The notes under the pieces: model-generated
Database searches by the model: none
Told to the model about the DNA's origin: nothing
The model's input: only the letters and a program-made list of their open reading frames with translations
Program-made: the position numbers and the translations under genes
Shown here: piece by piece, positions 44,001 to 57,470 of the stretch
How the letters are laid out: each line of letters starts with the position of its first letter
Numbering within the stretch: position 1 is the first letter of the stretch
Source of the DNA: the human T2T-CHM13v2.0 reference genome, Homo sapiens
Reading direction: 5' to 3' (one strand)
Assembly: GCF_009914755.1 (NCBI RefSeq)
Contig: NC_060947.1
DNA length: 64,000 bases

Positions 44001-46350
44001 TTGTGTTTTTTTGTTTCAATTTCATTTAGTTCTATTCTGATTGTTACTTCTTTTCTTCTGCTGGGTTTGGGTTTGGTTTGTTCTTGTTTCTGTAGTTCTT
44101 TAAGGTGTGACTTTAGATTGTCTATTTGTGCTCTTTCAGACTTTTTGATGTAAACATTTAATGCTATGAACTTTCCTCTTAACACCACTTTTGCTGTATC
44201 CCAAAAGTTTCGATAAGTTGTGTCACTGTTATAGTTCAGCTCAAAGGCTTGTTTAATTTCCATGTTGATTTCATTTTTCACCCAAAGATCATTGAAGAGC
44301 AAACTATTTAATTTTCATGTATTTGTATAGTTTTGAGAATTCCTGCACAATGTGCACATGTACCCTAAAACTTAAAGTATAATAATAAAAAAAAAGAGAA
44401 TTCCTTTTGAGGTTAATTTTCAGTTTTATTCCACTGTGGTCTGAGAGGGTACTTGATATAATTTTAGTTTTCTTAATTTTATTGAGATTGATTTTGTGAT
44501 CTTTCCTATGGTCTGTCTTGGAGAATGCTCCATGTGCTAATGGAAAGAATGTAGATTCTGAAGTTGTTAGGTAGAATGTTCTGTAAATATCTGTTAAGTC
44601 AATTTGTTCTAGGGTATAGTTTAAGTCCATTGTTTCTTTGTTGACATTCTGTGTTGAGGACCTGTCCAGTGTTGTCAGTGGAGGATTGAAGTTTCCCACT
44701 ATTATTCTGTTGCTGTCTAGCTAATTTCTTAGGTCTAGTAGTAATTGTTTTATAAATGAGGGAGCTCCATTTTTAGATGCATATGTATTTAGGATTGTGA
44801 TATTTTTCTGTTGACTTAATCTTTTTATCATTATATAATGTCCCTGTTTGTCTTTTTTTTTTTTTTTTTTAACCATCGTTTCTTTAAAGTTTGTATTCTG
44901 TGTTATAAGCGTAGCTGCTCCTGCTCACTTTTGGTTTCCATTTGTGTGGAATGTCTTTTTTTCACCCCTTTATATTAAGTTTATGTGCATCCTTATGTAT
45001 TAGGTGAATCATTTGGAGACAGCAGATACTTGGTTGGTGGACTTTTATCCATTTTGCAGTTGTGTATCTTTCAATTGGTGCATTTAGGCCATTTACATTC
45101 AACATTAGTATTGAGATGTGAGGTACTGTTCTATTCATTATGCTAGTTGTTGCCTTAATACCATTTTTTATTATTATGTTATTGTTTTATAGGCTCTGTG
45201 AGACTTATGCTTTAAGGAGGTTTTAGTTTGGTGTATTTTGAGGTTTTTTGTCAAGATTTAGAAATCCTTTCACCATTTCTTTTAGGGCTGACTTAGTAGC
45301 GGCAAATTCTCTCACTATTTGTTTGTTTGAAAAATACTTTATCACCCCTTCCATTATGAAGCTCAGTTTTTGCTGGATATAAAAGTCTTGGCTGACAATT
45401 ATTTTCTTTCAGGAGGCTAAAGATGGGACCCCAGTCCCTTCTGGCTTGTAAGGTTTCTGAATTTTTTATCTGGCAATTCAGAGATTTCTTCTTGGTTTGG
45501 ATCCATTTTTGGGAAGCTGGTCTGATTTTTTAGGAGTGTTATAGAACCCTGTTTTTTCATGTTACCAGAATTACTTTTCTGGTTCCTTCTCATTTGGGTA
45601 CACTATTTCAGTGGAAAGGTCTGAAACTCAAGTCTTGCCATTCAGATTCTCTTGTCCCACAGGGTAATCCCTTGATGTGGTGCTCTCCATATTCCTCTAG
45701 GGGTGGGGCTTCCTGAGAGCTGAATTGTAGTGATTGTTATTGATCTTCTTGGTCTAACAACTGGAGCTACAGGACTCCAGGCTGGTGCCAGGGAATGTCT
45801 GCAAAGAGTCCTCTGATGTGATCTGTCTTCAGGTCTGTTAGCTATGGATAGCAGTACCTGTTCTTGTGGAGGTGGCAGGGAAGTGAAGCAGACTCTGTGA
45901 AAGTCCTTGGTCATAGATATGTTTAGTGTGCTGGCTTTCTCAAGTGCTAGTTATGCTAGCAGTGAAGTTGTCATGTGGACACACTCAGGACCTCTGGTTA
46001 GCCAGGATGTTGCATGCAGTGCAATTAGGTGTTGTCTTCTCTTTCCTGGGATCAGGGTTATTCAGTCATGAGTTGCTGTAATGGCCTGCATTAGTTGGGC
46101 AGGAGGTGGCTTTTTCAAGAAAGGACCAGCTGTGGTAGTAGTAGGGGGATATAAGCTTGTCCTAAGTTGACTAGGGTAAGTATTTCAGTTTCTCAGGTGA
46201 TGGGTGGGGCCTTAAAGCTCCCAAGAGTTTCTATCTTTTGTGTTCAGCTACCTGGGTGGTTAGGGAAATACCATCAGATGGGGGCAGGGTTAGGTGGGTT
46301 TGGACTCAAACTCCTTGGGCAGGACTTGCTGTGGCCACTGTGGGAGAATG
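41033..46350 (-). mobile_element. L1PB-type element, near full length, with most of ORF1 deleted
   Basis: L1PB 3' end 'ttttatttcaatagattttggg..gtggtgtttggttacatg'; ORF2 relics 41692-42423 (243 aa), 43420, 43994, 44304; deletion junction near 45458; 5'UTR 45600-46350; (TTTA)n near 42770-42800. Confidence 0.92.
44345..44395 (+). mobile_element. Extremely 5'-truncated young L1 (L1HS/L1PA2-type 3' tip)
   Basis: GCACAATGTGCACATGTACCCTAAAACTTAAAGTATAATAATA(n), flanked by the perfect TSD GAGAATTCCT (44335-44344, 44396-44405). Confidence 0.92.
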
Positions 46351-48264
46351 AGGATGGGAGGGTGGCTCTTAGAAATTTTTATTCTCACCCTAAGGAAGTT
46401 CTCAGAAGGATACCAGCTCCAAAATAGACCTAAGTTCAACTTTCATGAAACATTTATAAACGTTGCAGATCTTGAGTCTAGACTCTTTCGTTGGGGGTAG
46501 GGACATCAAAGTAATTTATAGTGTATAACATATGATGATCATTATTAATATATCTAAGTATCCATTCCATCCCTTCCCAAATCCAACAGTCAAGCCATAT
46601 CCCCTTAAGGCACCTGCCTTTACTCATGCTCTCTCTCTCTCTTTCTCTCTTTTCCCTCTCTTCTTCCTTCCTCCTTACTCCTCAGTTCTCCTCCACCCCA
46701 TTTCAAGTAATTATGGAGACAAATTTGACAAATATCAAATACTGTTATTCCCCATCATTCTCCTTTCCACTCCTCACTCTCTTGAATCTAACAGTGGCTT
46801 TTGGTAATTACCATAGCAAATAAAGTTTCGTTTCTTTTGAAGACAAAAGAAGAGGACCATTATTAAAATTTATAATATATTATTTTCTTTCATTCACATT
46901 TGACTATGTACTATAGAATGTTTTATTGGTTAAAGTTCCATGGCTTCAAATTTCTACACTTTTTACACCAACATAGGTGACGCTTAGGGAATCTAAGAGA
47001 GCAAACAGAAACAATTTTTCTAACACTACTAAATTAGTTATTTTTGTTATGAAGAGCCAAGTAGAGAATACAGCTAATCTTTGAGTCTTCTTCTGATGAT
47101 TATTTAGCATAGGAAGAGGTCTATGAATCTATGCTGAAGGGATCCTGGAAAAACTTTTGAAAATAAATAAATATACAAAAACAAATATCTCTAACTCTCA
47201 CCCTAATCTGTTAGTGGCTGCTAAGAAAGATATAGGGATACTCTGAAGTTCTACCACAGAGAAGGTGAAACTAAGCAAATATAAAGATAATGACAAAAAA
47301 ATGAGTTTTTGCCATTATTAGCTAAAGATAAGTGCTCTCATTTTGACATCACTAATTCTAACTTTGCATCTGCAAAGAGGAACATCAACTTGGAATTTAA
47401 GTCAATACTTTAACTAATTTTCTAAAAATACTTTTTTTTTTAATCTAAAGGGTGCAATTAACTGTAATGAGAGAAAATTCACTCCAAAGGACACAATTGT
47501 TTTCTCCAAAAGTAAATTGGAGAGGCAAGAATCACGTGATTCCTTTAAGGTTTATTCTATCTGATTTTTGCATATTACAGTTAATCATTCTATTCCACTC
47601 ACTTTACTGATGACCTGATTTCCAGGCACTTTTAATGATGAAATCACAAATACTTATTAACGAGTTAAACACTGGCAGGAAAAGCAGAATAAAATTACTT
47701 GTCTGCTTTTTCAGAGTATAAGTTTATTAACTCTTTGGGAAATAATGTATTTTGCTAATGCAGAAACTATCTAAGTCATGTATGTCCAAAATTGCAATGT
47801 AAATACTTGACTCTTGAATAGAATTTAATGAATGGTCTATGATCAATTTACTAGATATGAAACAATAACAATAGTAAGTTCTGAAAGATGAAATGGCATT
47901 GACAGAAAACATGAAGTAGCAACAAAAATGTCTTACAAAATATGTATTTATATTGTGTGTAAGATAACATATGACCTTTCTAGAATAGATGTAGACAGAA
48001 GGAGTTCATAATTTTCATACACCACATTGGATTTTACCTCCATATCCCTTGCTATGCTGTTCTTCCCCCACAAGAAAGAATTTTCTTCTCTTCTTTTGGT
48101 TACAAATCAGATTTACCCTTTTTGAAGCATCTCATGATCTATCTTGCTCTCATTTCCTTTTATTGTACACTCATAGCAGTTAAAAGAATGAAAAATCAAT
48201 GAAATGTTAATCTTAAAGAAAAAAATTATAACAGAAAGCCTTTTAAAAGATGTTTTGCACATAT

Positions 48265-48362
48265 TGATGATCCCCAATTTATAATAGTTCAACTTATAAT
48301 ATTTTTTACTTTATAGTGGGTTTATCAGGATGTAACCCCATCATAAGTAAAACAGCACTAGT
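48265..48362. mobile_element. MER47-like Tigger MITE
   Basis: CpG-decayed 'gatgatccccaatttataatagttcaactta..tgggtttatcaggatgtaaccccatcataagt'. Confidence 0.7.
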
Positions 48363-48677
48363 ATTTTAAAATTATTTTAAATGCATAACTTTAAATACTA
48401 GATAATCTTAATGAAGAAACAGGTGCTATTGGAATTAGTTGTAGCCACTATGGACAATGTGTCCATTAAAATTCACATGATTGTAAATAATACTGTCTAA
48501 TGATACCTGAAAATTATAAGGAAACAAGGGGAAGAGAAATATTGCTAACTAGCATTGATAATAAAACTTCACAGTTAGAGAAAGCCTGAGAATAGAGTAA
48601 GTCTCAGGAGTAAGAACAACTTGAACAAGATCTTTCTGCTAGTATATATCTCCCTAGAAATAATTACGTGTTTTTCT

Positions 48678-48986
<309 letters not shown>

Positions 48987-49484
48987 ATGTGTTTTTCAAA
49001 AGCAAATAAACATGCTAGGAAACTCTTCAATAAATTAAATGGGACATTAGTTGATACTCATTAGGGCCTAATTCCTAGGGAGTTACTTGTACCTATTGAG
49101 GAAATGTATTTAACAAAAGCTTGAAACTGTTATGCTATTGAGATTGTAGCAAGTCTGGTGTTAGGGTTCTTTGAACTTTGACTAATAAACTTAGAAAAAA
49201 TTGGACCATAAATAAGATGCATTAATTTAAATCCTAAATGAACCTAAATTCAAAGGTGCTAATTTATAAGGAGACAAGTTATTAATCAGTTGCTTTAAAT
49301 AAAAACTGACTAACTCCTGCCACTCAAGACTCTGCCCCAAGTTTTAAAGAAGACACATTTCAGATAAGTAAATGAGTAATTTATTATTATCGTATGATAG
49401 CTACTTAAAGAATTATGTACTGTTTTAATAGTAATTTTTAAGGTAATATTTATGCTTATTTCTGAAATTCAGAGGGTTCAAGTC

Positions 49485-50524
49485 TATCGGGGGAACCAGC
49501 CCCCAATATTTCAACGTAGATTCTTTCTATTTTCCCTAAGTGTCAGCCGGTCTGAGAAATAAAGAGAAAGAGTACAAAGAGAGAAATTTTACAGCTAGGC
49601 CTCTGGGAGTGTCATCACATATTGGTAGGACCATGATGACGACCCTGAGCTGCAAAACAAGCAAGTTTTTATTAGGGATTTTAAAAGGGGAGGGGGTGTA
49701 CAAACAGGGAGTAGGTCACAAGGATCACATGCTTCAAAGGGCAATAAAGATCACAAGGGAAGGCAAAATTAGAATTACTGATGAGGGTCTATGTCCTGCT
49801 GTGCATGCATTGTCTTGATAAACATCTTAACAGGAAACAGGGTTTGAGAACAGACAACCAGTCTGACTAGAATTTACCAGGCTGGAATTTCCCAATCCTA
49901 GTAAGCCTGAGGGTACTGCAGGAGACCAGGGCTTATTTCAGTCCTTATCTCAACTGCATAAGACAGACACTCCCAGAGTGGCCATCTATCAACCTACTCC
50001 CAGGAATGCATTCCTTCCCCAGGGTTATTCCTTGCTGGGAAAAGAATTCAGTGATATTTCTCCTACTCGCTTTCTGCAAGAAGAAAAATATGGCTCTATT
50101 CTGCCTGACCCCACAGGCAGTCAGACCTTATGGTTATCTTCCCTTGTTCCCTGAAAATCGCTGTTATTCTGTTCTTTTTCAGGGTGCACTGATTTCATAT
50201 TGCTCAAACACACATGTTTTACAATCCATTTGTACAAAAGTGGTCCTGAGGTGACATACATTCTCAGCTTACGAAGGTAACAGGATTAAGAGATTAAAGT
50301 AAAGACAGGCATAAGAAATTATAAGAGTATTGATTGGGGAAGTGATAAATGTCCATGAAATCTTCACAATTTATGTTCAGAGATTGCAGTAAAGACAGGC
50401 GTAAGAAATTATACAAGCATTAATTTTGGGAACTGATAAATGTCCATTAAATCTTCACAATTTATGTTCTTCTTCCTCGGCTCCAGCCGGTCCCTCCATT
50501 CAGAGTCCCTGACTTCCCGCAACA
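49485..50524 (-). mobile_element. Solo LTR MER11 (HERV-K HML-8 type)
   Basis: The minus strand begins 'tgttgcgggaagtcagggac'; perfect 6-bp TSD CAAGTC (49479-49484, 50525-50530); internal ~90-bp tandem repeat at 50299-50469. Confidence 0.93.
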
Positions 50525-50932
50525 CAAGTCCTTGATAGAAAACTCAGAGTAAGGTTATTCTCATAAAAAGTTCAAGAATAAGAAAAACACATTTATTTTA
50601 AAAACAAAACAATTATCATTTCAAAGTCACATATAACTCTCTGAGTAGTGGGAAAATAATCTTCATATTAGCAAACAACCAGACAAAACAACACAGATTA
50701 TTTTACTTCCTTGAAAATGTAAAAAGAAACCTGTAAATAATTTTTGGCTGAATAGTACAGGCAGCTCTTTTAGTGTCATATAACTCAGATTATTACTTGT
50801 ATTTGAAAAGCTTAGAGTGGAGTTCTTTAAAATAGTAAGAACAGTTATTTGCCTTATCTGCCACTGCACAGGATTATACAAAATGTCTTAAGCTGTATTT
50901 CAAACCAATTTTTACTATGTTCAATGGCTATA

Positions 50933-53649
50933 TAGGCATACCTTGAAAATACTGTGAATTTTATTCCAGACCACCACAATAAGGCAAATATTGCAATAAA
51001 GTGAATCACACAAATTTTCTGGTTTCCCAGCGCATATAAAAGTTGTATTTACCCAATACTGTAGCCTATTACTTGTGCAATAGTGTTATGTCTTAAAAAC
51101 CGATGCATATACCTTAATCAAAATACTTTATTGCTAAAAATGTTAACAATTATTTGAGCCTTCAGCCAGACATAACATTATTCCTGGTGGAGGGTCTTTT
51201 CTCAATGTTGATGGCTGCTGACTAATCAGGGTGGTGGTTGCTGAAGGTGGAGGTGGCTGTGGCTTATTCTTAAAATAAGGCAATGATGAGGTTTGCCACA
51301 TTGATGGACTGTTTCTTTCAAGAAAGATTCTGTAGAATATGATGCGATTTGAGAGCATTTTACCCACAGTAGAACTTCTTTCAAAATTGAAGTCAATTCT
51401 CTCAGACCCCAAGACTGTTTTACCAACTAAATTTATGTATATACTATAAATTTATTGTTCTTATTTCAACAATGTTCACAGCATTTTCATTGGGAGGAGA
51501 TTCCACCTCAAGAAACCACTTTCTTTTTTCACACATAAGAAGCAACTCCTCATTCACCAAAATTTTACCATGAGATTGTAGCACCTCCATCACATCTTCA
51601 GGATCCACTTCTAATTCTGTTTAATCTCTATCTCTGGCTTCCTCCATTGAAATCTTGAACCTCTCAAAGTCAGCTATGAAGGTTAGAATCAACTTCTTCT
51701 AAACTCCTGTTAATGTTATTTTTGGGTTTTTTTTTTTGGTTTGTTTTTCTTTTTTCTTTTTCTTTTTTTTTTTTTTTGGAGACAGAGTCTTGCCCTGTCA
51801 CCCAGGCTGGAGTGCAGTGGCACGATCTCAGCTCACTGCAACCTCCGCCTCCTGGGTTGGGTTCAAGCAATTCTCCTGCCTCAGCCTCCCAAGTAGTTGG
51901 GATTACAGGTGCCCACCAACATGCCCGGCTAATTTTTGTATTTTTAGTAGAGCTGGGGTTTCACCATGTTGGGCAGGCTGGTCTCAAACTCCTGATATGA
52001 AGTGATCCAGCTGCCTTGGCCTCCCAAAGTGCTGGGATTACAGGCATGAGCCACCATACCCGGCCTCCTGTTAATGTTGATAGTTTGAACGCCTCCTCCC
52101 ATGAAGCACAAATGTTCTTAATTCCATCCAAAAAGATAAATTCTTTCCAGAGGTTTTCCATGTACTTTGCCCAGATCCATCAGAGGAATCACTATCTATG
52201 GCTGCTATACTCTTGGAAAATGTATTACCTAAATAATAAAACATAAAAGTTGAAATGACTCTTTGATACATGACTAAGGAAGAGATGTTGTGTTAACAGG
52301 CATAAAAACAATGCCAATCTCATCTCCATCAGAGCTCTTGGGTGACTAGGTGCTGTAATATTTCAAAAGAAATCTTGTTTTTTTCTGAGCAGTATGTCTT
52401 AACAGTAAGCTTAAAATATTCAGTAAGCCATGCTATAAAAAGATGTGCTGTTATTCAGGCTTTGTTGTTCTATTTATAGAGTAGAGGCCCCAAAGATTTA
52501 GGATAATTATTAGGGCTTTAGGATTTTCAGAATGGTAAATGACCATTAGCTTCAACTTAAACTCACCAACTGAATTAGCCCCTAACAAGAATGTCAGCCT
52601 GTCCTTTGAAGCTTTGAAGCCAGGCATTAATGTCTCTCTAACTATAAAAGTCCTAGATGGCATCCTCTTCTAATATCAAGTTGTTTCACATATACTGAAA
52701 TTCTGTTGTTTAGTGCACCCACCTTCATTAATTACCTTAGCTAAATCATCTGGATTTCTTGCTGCAGCTTTATATGAGCACTTGCTGTTTCACCTTACAC
52801 TTTTATGTTATGGAGACAGTATCTTTTCTTAAACCTCATGAACTCACCTCCGATAGCTTTAAAGTTTTCTTTGTGAGCTTTTTCACCTCCAGAGAATTGA
52901 AGACAGTTAGGACCTTACTCTGGATTAGGCTTTGGCTTAAGGCATGTTGTGGCTGGTTTGATCTTCTATCCAGATCATTAAAACTTTCTCATTATCAGCA
53001 ATAGGCTGTTTTGCTTTCTCCTTATTCTCATTTTCTGAAATAGCACTTTTAATTTTCTTCAAGACCCTTTTCTTTTCATTCACAAAGAATTGTTTGTTTG
53101 GTTCAGGAGGCCTAGCTTTCCACCTATCGTGGCTTTCAACATGCTTTCCTCACTAAGCTTAATCATTCCTAGCTTTTGATTTAAAGTGAAAAACAGATGA
53201 CTCTTCCTTTCACTTGAACACTTAGGAGTCATTTTAGGGTTACTAATTGACCTAATTTTAATATTGTATTTTCTCTGGAAATAGGGAGGCTCCAGCAGAG
53301 AGAGAGAGAGATGGAAGAACGGCCGGTTGGTGGAGCAGTCAGAATATACACAACATTTATTAAGTTTGCTGTCTTATGTCAGCATGATTCATGGTGCCCC
53401 CAAATAAATACAATAATATCAAAGATCACAGATCAGAGATCCCCCTATAAGATATACTATAATAAAATAATTTGAAATACTGTGGGAATTACCAAAATGT
53501 GACAGAGACATGAAGTGAATACATGTTGGAAAAAAATGGCATCGCTGATAGATTTGCTTGATGTAGAGTTACCAAAACCTTTAATTTGTAAAAAAATACA
53601 ATATCTGTGAAGTACAATAAAGCAAACAGAATAAAATGAGGTATGCCTG
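50933..53649 (-). mobile_element. Tigger1 DNA transposon, essentially full length, with decayed transposase
   Basis: Terminal inverted repeats (t/c)aggcatacct / aggtatgcctg with TA on each side; DDE-type transposase peptide [23 protein letters not shown] (52451-52663); ~2.4 kb once the Alu is removed. Confidence 0.95.
51718..52065 (-). mobile_element. AluSx-like element inserted in Tigger1
   Basis: Long T-rich tail; TSD tcctgttaatgtt on both sides. Confidence 0.93.
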
Positions 53650-53754
53650 TAATCATCACTTGAGTGGCTTAAGATGGGTTAACCTGTTTTATTTATCAGT
53701 TACTCACATGTAAATTACTAATTTTAATAGGCATTTATTTCTCACTTAGCTTCC

Positions 53755-53915
53755 AAAAGCATTTTACAGTGATCACATCTTCAACACAACTGTGAGGTAA
53801 ATAGATGGCAATTATCATTAACCTTATCTCTATTGGGATATCAGGAATGAAGAGAGGTAAATTACCTATTTAAGGTCACCTAGGGAATCAGTGGCAGAGT
53901 CAAAATATTCTTTAA
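53755..53915 (-). mobile_element. MIR
   Basis: 'acaactgtgaggta..agagaggtaaattacctatttaaggtcacc..agtggcagag'. Confidence 0.65.
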
Positions 53916-55888
53916 ACTGCAATTCTAAGTTTCATAAAGACATGCAGATGAGCTTCTATGAAACTAATAGTTGTTGCAGTTAATCTGAGAAATTAAATAT
54001 GATCAAGTTTCAAAAGAAATCAATACAATGAATAGAATATTGCATAAATATGATTTTTTCTCTTTGCCTCCTTAGCTAAACTGTTTCAAAGAATGAAACA
54101 TTTCCCTGAACTATACATTATATAAAAATTTTCACATGATCCTTGTCTCCTGAACTGTGTCAATGTAAATAAAATTGCCAATTATATAAAGCATACACCC
54201 ATGTACACACATGTAACAAAGGTAGCAAAATGGCATTTAATAAAATCTTCACCAATATCAACAGTTTTTGGCAAGAATTTGAATAATTCATTTTTATAAA
54301 ATTAATTTCTTTTTAGTATATAAAGAAAATCAGTTTAATAATATAAACTCCAGGATAGAGTCTTAGTTTTAATAAGATGATAAGAAGTTTAAATTTAGCA
54401 TAATTAGCTGAGATTTTAGATGAAATCCTGTCAAATTCTATTAAATTCTCAAGTATGGGAGTTTATACTAATGAAGCTTGGGTGTATTGAATGCCAAGCA
54501 AAATGCTACTCAAGGTTTAAAGAAGCTGCAGTCTCTGGATTTAATAACTTTTTGGTCCCTTTAAAATATTATTGATGTTTACTGTTCTTTGTCAAGAGCT
54601 ATTACAGCTTGACTAGAAAGGCATCTGCAGATATGTGGTGTTATCTCTATTGTGTAATGTTCAGATTTTTCAAATGGAAAAATGGCTTTCCCTCTGTATG
54701 CTCAGCATTCAGGTACCAGTTCAACCAGAAAATGCCTCAGATCAGTGGAATAGATGATACAGTATTTGGGAATAAGTAAGTCCTTCCAATTGTCAGTGTT
54801 CTTCCATGTTTGTTACAGAAAATCAAAGCTTGGTGGACACACATGCTGATCTCACATAAGAGGAATGAGGCTTAAAAAAGCAAATGCAAATGGTGACCTT
54901 TAAAAGTAATTCAAGTTGTTTCATAAAGTGTTTTAAAAACTAAAAAAAAAAAAGGCACTAGTTCTGGGAAATAAATATGACAGAATCAAAACTGCCTTTA
55001 TTAGTTTATATTATTGTTTTTTACAAGACTCTCATTGCTTTGTGTAAAAGCACCAGTTCCCTTTTTTTAAAAAAAATATTGGTTTGGTCCTTAGAAAGGT
55101 TAGGTAAACTTTCTAATTCTAGCAAGTGAAAAGTAGTCCACATTTTCTTTTGCCTTATCATGTGAAATTTTCAATGTTTTGATGAGACATGTCAAAAATC
55201 ACAATTGCACAGAAAGGAAAAACAATATAACATTGCTTGATTTTTTTTTTAATTCAGTACTATGAGGCCATAGTCAGTTCTGAAATGATAAAATGACAGC
55301 TCTCAGTGGGGATGGATTCATCAAAGGAATATTCAGCAGTTTAGGAAATCACTAAAAGGCTTTACTTTTAGTAAAGGGGGATAAAAAGACTTTAATAATT
55401 GAAGAAACATACTATGGACAAATTGATAACTTAAAAATGTATACATATACACATTTCCCCAATAATTACATATATTCCAAGAATTTTTTTAATACTCAAA
55501 AATATTAGTTTTGCAAAATACATGGAAAATGCATACTATGATACCCATCTGAACATGGCAATATAAGGTAAGAATTTTCTATTTATCTCAGAAATCACTA
55601 AAAAATAGAGAACAAGGAAACATGACACAAACACAAAAGGTCTAAAGTGCTGCTAAAAATGGTAAAGTTTAAGCTGAAGTACTAAAAGAGCTAGATAGAG
55701 AAAATTCCCTTGGCTGCTGATGTCAGAAATAATAGTGTATTTTTCTTTAAGTTTACATGTGAGCTGTAAAACCAAAATCTCTTTTATAGAACAATGGAAA
55801 TAGGCACCAGTTGATGATGGGCTTTTCTAATCATACACTTTGGTTCCACAAAAAGGAATCAGGTTTAAATGCATAAAAGAGACAAATT

Positions 55889-56080
55889 ATTTTCTTGTGA
55901 GAGAGGTCTTGTTCTGTCACCCAGGCTGGAGTGCAGTGGCATGGTGTCAGCTCACAGCAACCTCTGCCTCCCAGGCTTGAGACATCCTCCTCATCCGCTC
56001 GAGTAGCTGGGACCACTGGCATGTGCAGCTATGCTGGCCTGTTTTTTTTCTTTTGTTTTGTCAGAGATGGGGTTTTGCCT
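55889..56080 (-). mobile_element. AluJ fragment (right arm and linker)
   Basis: 'ggtcttgttctgtcacccaggctggagtgcagtgg..agagatggggttttgcc'; abuts ERV pol directly. Confidence 0.85.
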
Positions 56081-57470
56081 GGTACACTAATTGGTCTAGC
56101 AAAAGTACCCAACACCAATGTTCAGTGGTTGTCATGAAAATGGATTCTGGTACTGTATTGGTAGAATGGGAATTAAGACAAAGCAGTCAATGGGCCAAAC
56201 TACAGGCAGTTTGGATTCTCATCACCCCAAAGCTCTGGCTGCTACTCACTTGCACAGATATTTGGACTGCACACAGAGGTTTTACCATGTAGATCAATCA
56301 ATGGACCACAGATAGTCAGCAAGCTTTGGGCAGACCCCTTTTGGGAATGTTCATGTGCCAGGAAATCCACATCAGGTTACAAGAGAAGATGCCTATCTTA
56401 CGGTGTAGCATGTAGATGTATGCAGCCCCAAGTCACCTCCAAGAAGTCAGGAGACAGGCATACTTTGTTTGAGCAATTTGCCAGAGCCCATTGGAGGAAA
56501 CTGCCATGTGAGTACGTAGTGGGAACAGCCACCTTGGGAGCACCATGGAGTGGACCATAGCAAAGGCAGCAGGTAATCCCATCCTGCAGATGTTTTGGCA
56601 GCTGTTCAGAACTGTGAGATCTATTCATGGCTGTGACCTAGAAAAGTTCCCTCTGCACCAGGTAACTGACATCAAGCATACAACCTTTTTGAGACTAGCA
56701 AGTCAATCATATGGACCCGTGGGCTGTGATATCCAACACTGGGCATCAGAACAAAATATGGACTGGGGGTTCCACTTACCCTATAATCCAGCGGGGGCAG
56801 GCTTCATAGAAAAAGCAGGGACTGTTAAAATCCAATTATATGCGTTGTCTCAGGAGAGTTCTTTAAGGTCCTGGACTAAGACTTTCCCTGAAGCTATACA
56901 AATTTTAAATGAGCGTCCCACTACTACACATGGCATCTCTCTCTATGAATGGTTGGCAAGGCCTGTAAAACAGGCCCCACAAACTTTCATGGTTATCTCT
57001 GAGACTCTGAGTCATGCTCCTGAAGCAGCTGATCAGACTGTGCTTCTGAGAGCACCAGGATCTGCCAAGTGGCAATGGCTACATGGACCTGAAATTGAGC
57101 TGGAAAGTGCCCGCATATTGGATCAGTTTTATGGTACCAGAGAGCACCAGGAAGACTGCCAGAGGGGAGGTGATTCCAGCTATGCTTCTTGATGGAGGTC
57201 TGAGAGCCTTACAATATCAACATGCAGCAACGCCATACCTGCTGGAGGAGTCATAATGCAGATATGTGGGCAAGGCTGGAAACTCACTAGTTGACTATTA
57301 TATCCTCTCCTAGGGAGGGAAGCCATGTGTGGTGCTATAAGCCAGGCCTGAAGCCCATAGTGTCCTCCTTAATAGGGCCAATAGAAGAAAATACAGCAGT
57401 AGTAATATTACAAAGAGTGGATACACTCATGAGGGTTCCCACTAAACACCTGTGTTTATACACATAGGCT
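56081..57470 (+). pseudogene. pol: Class III (ERVL/HERV-S-like) pol relic: RNase H and deleted integrase
   Basis: WYTNWSS..QSSQWAKLQAVW (RNase H WYTDGS / SAQxAEL); integrase-core-like WGFHLPYNPAGAGFIE..SWTKTFPEAIQILNERP in ORF 56545-57192. Confidence 0.85.

Noticed and set aside
53928-53966. agtttcata...tatgaaact inverted repeat as a miRNA-like hairpin
   Set aside because: Only a 9-bp stem with a ~20-nt loop; expected by chance.
56545-57192. 215-aa ORF as a domesticated integrase
   Set aside because: Only the middle resembles an integrase core; the N-terminal catalytic region appears deleted and the flanks drift out of frame.
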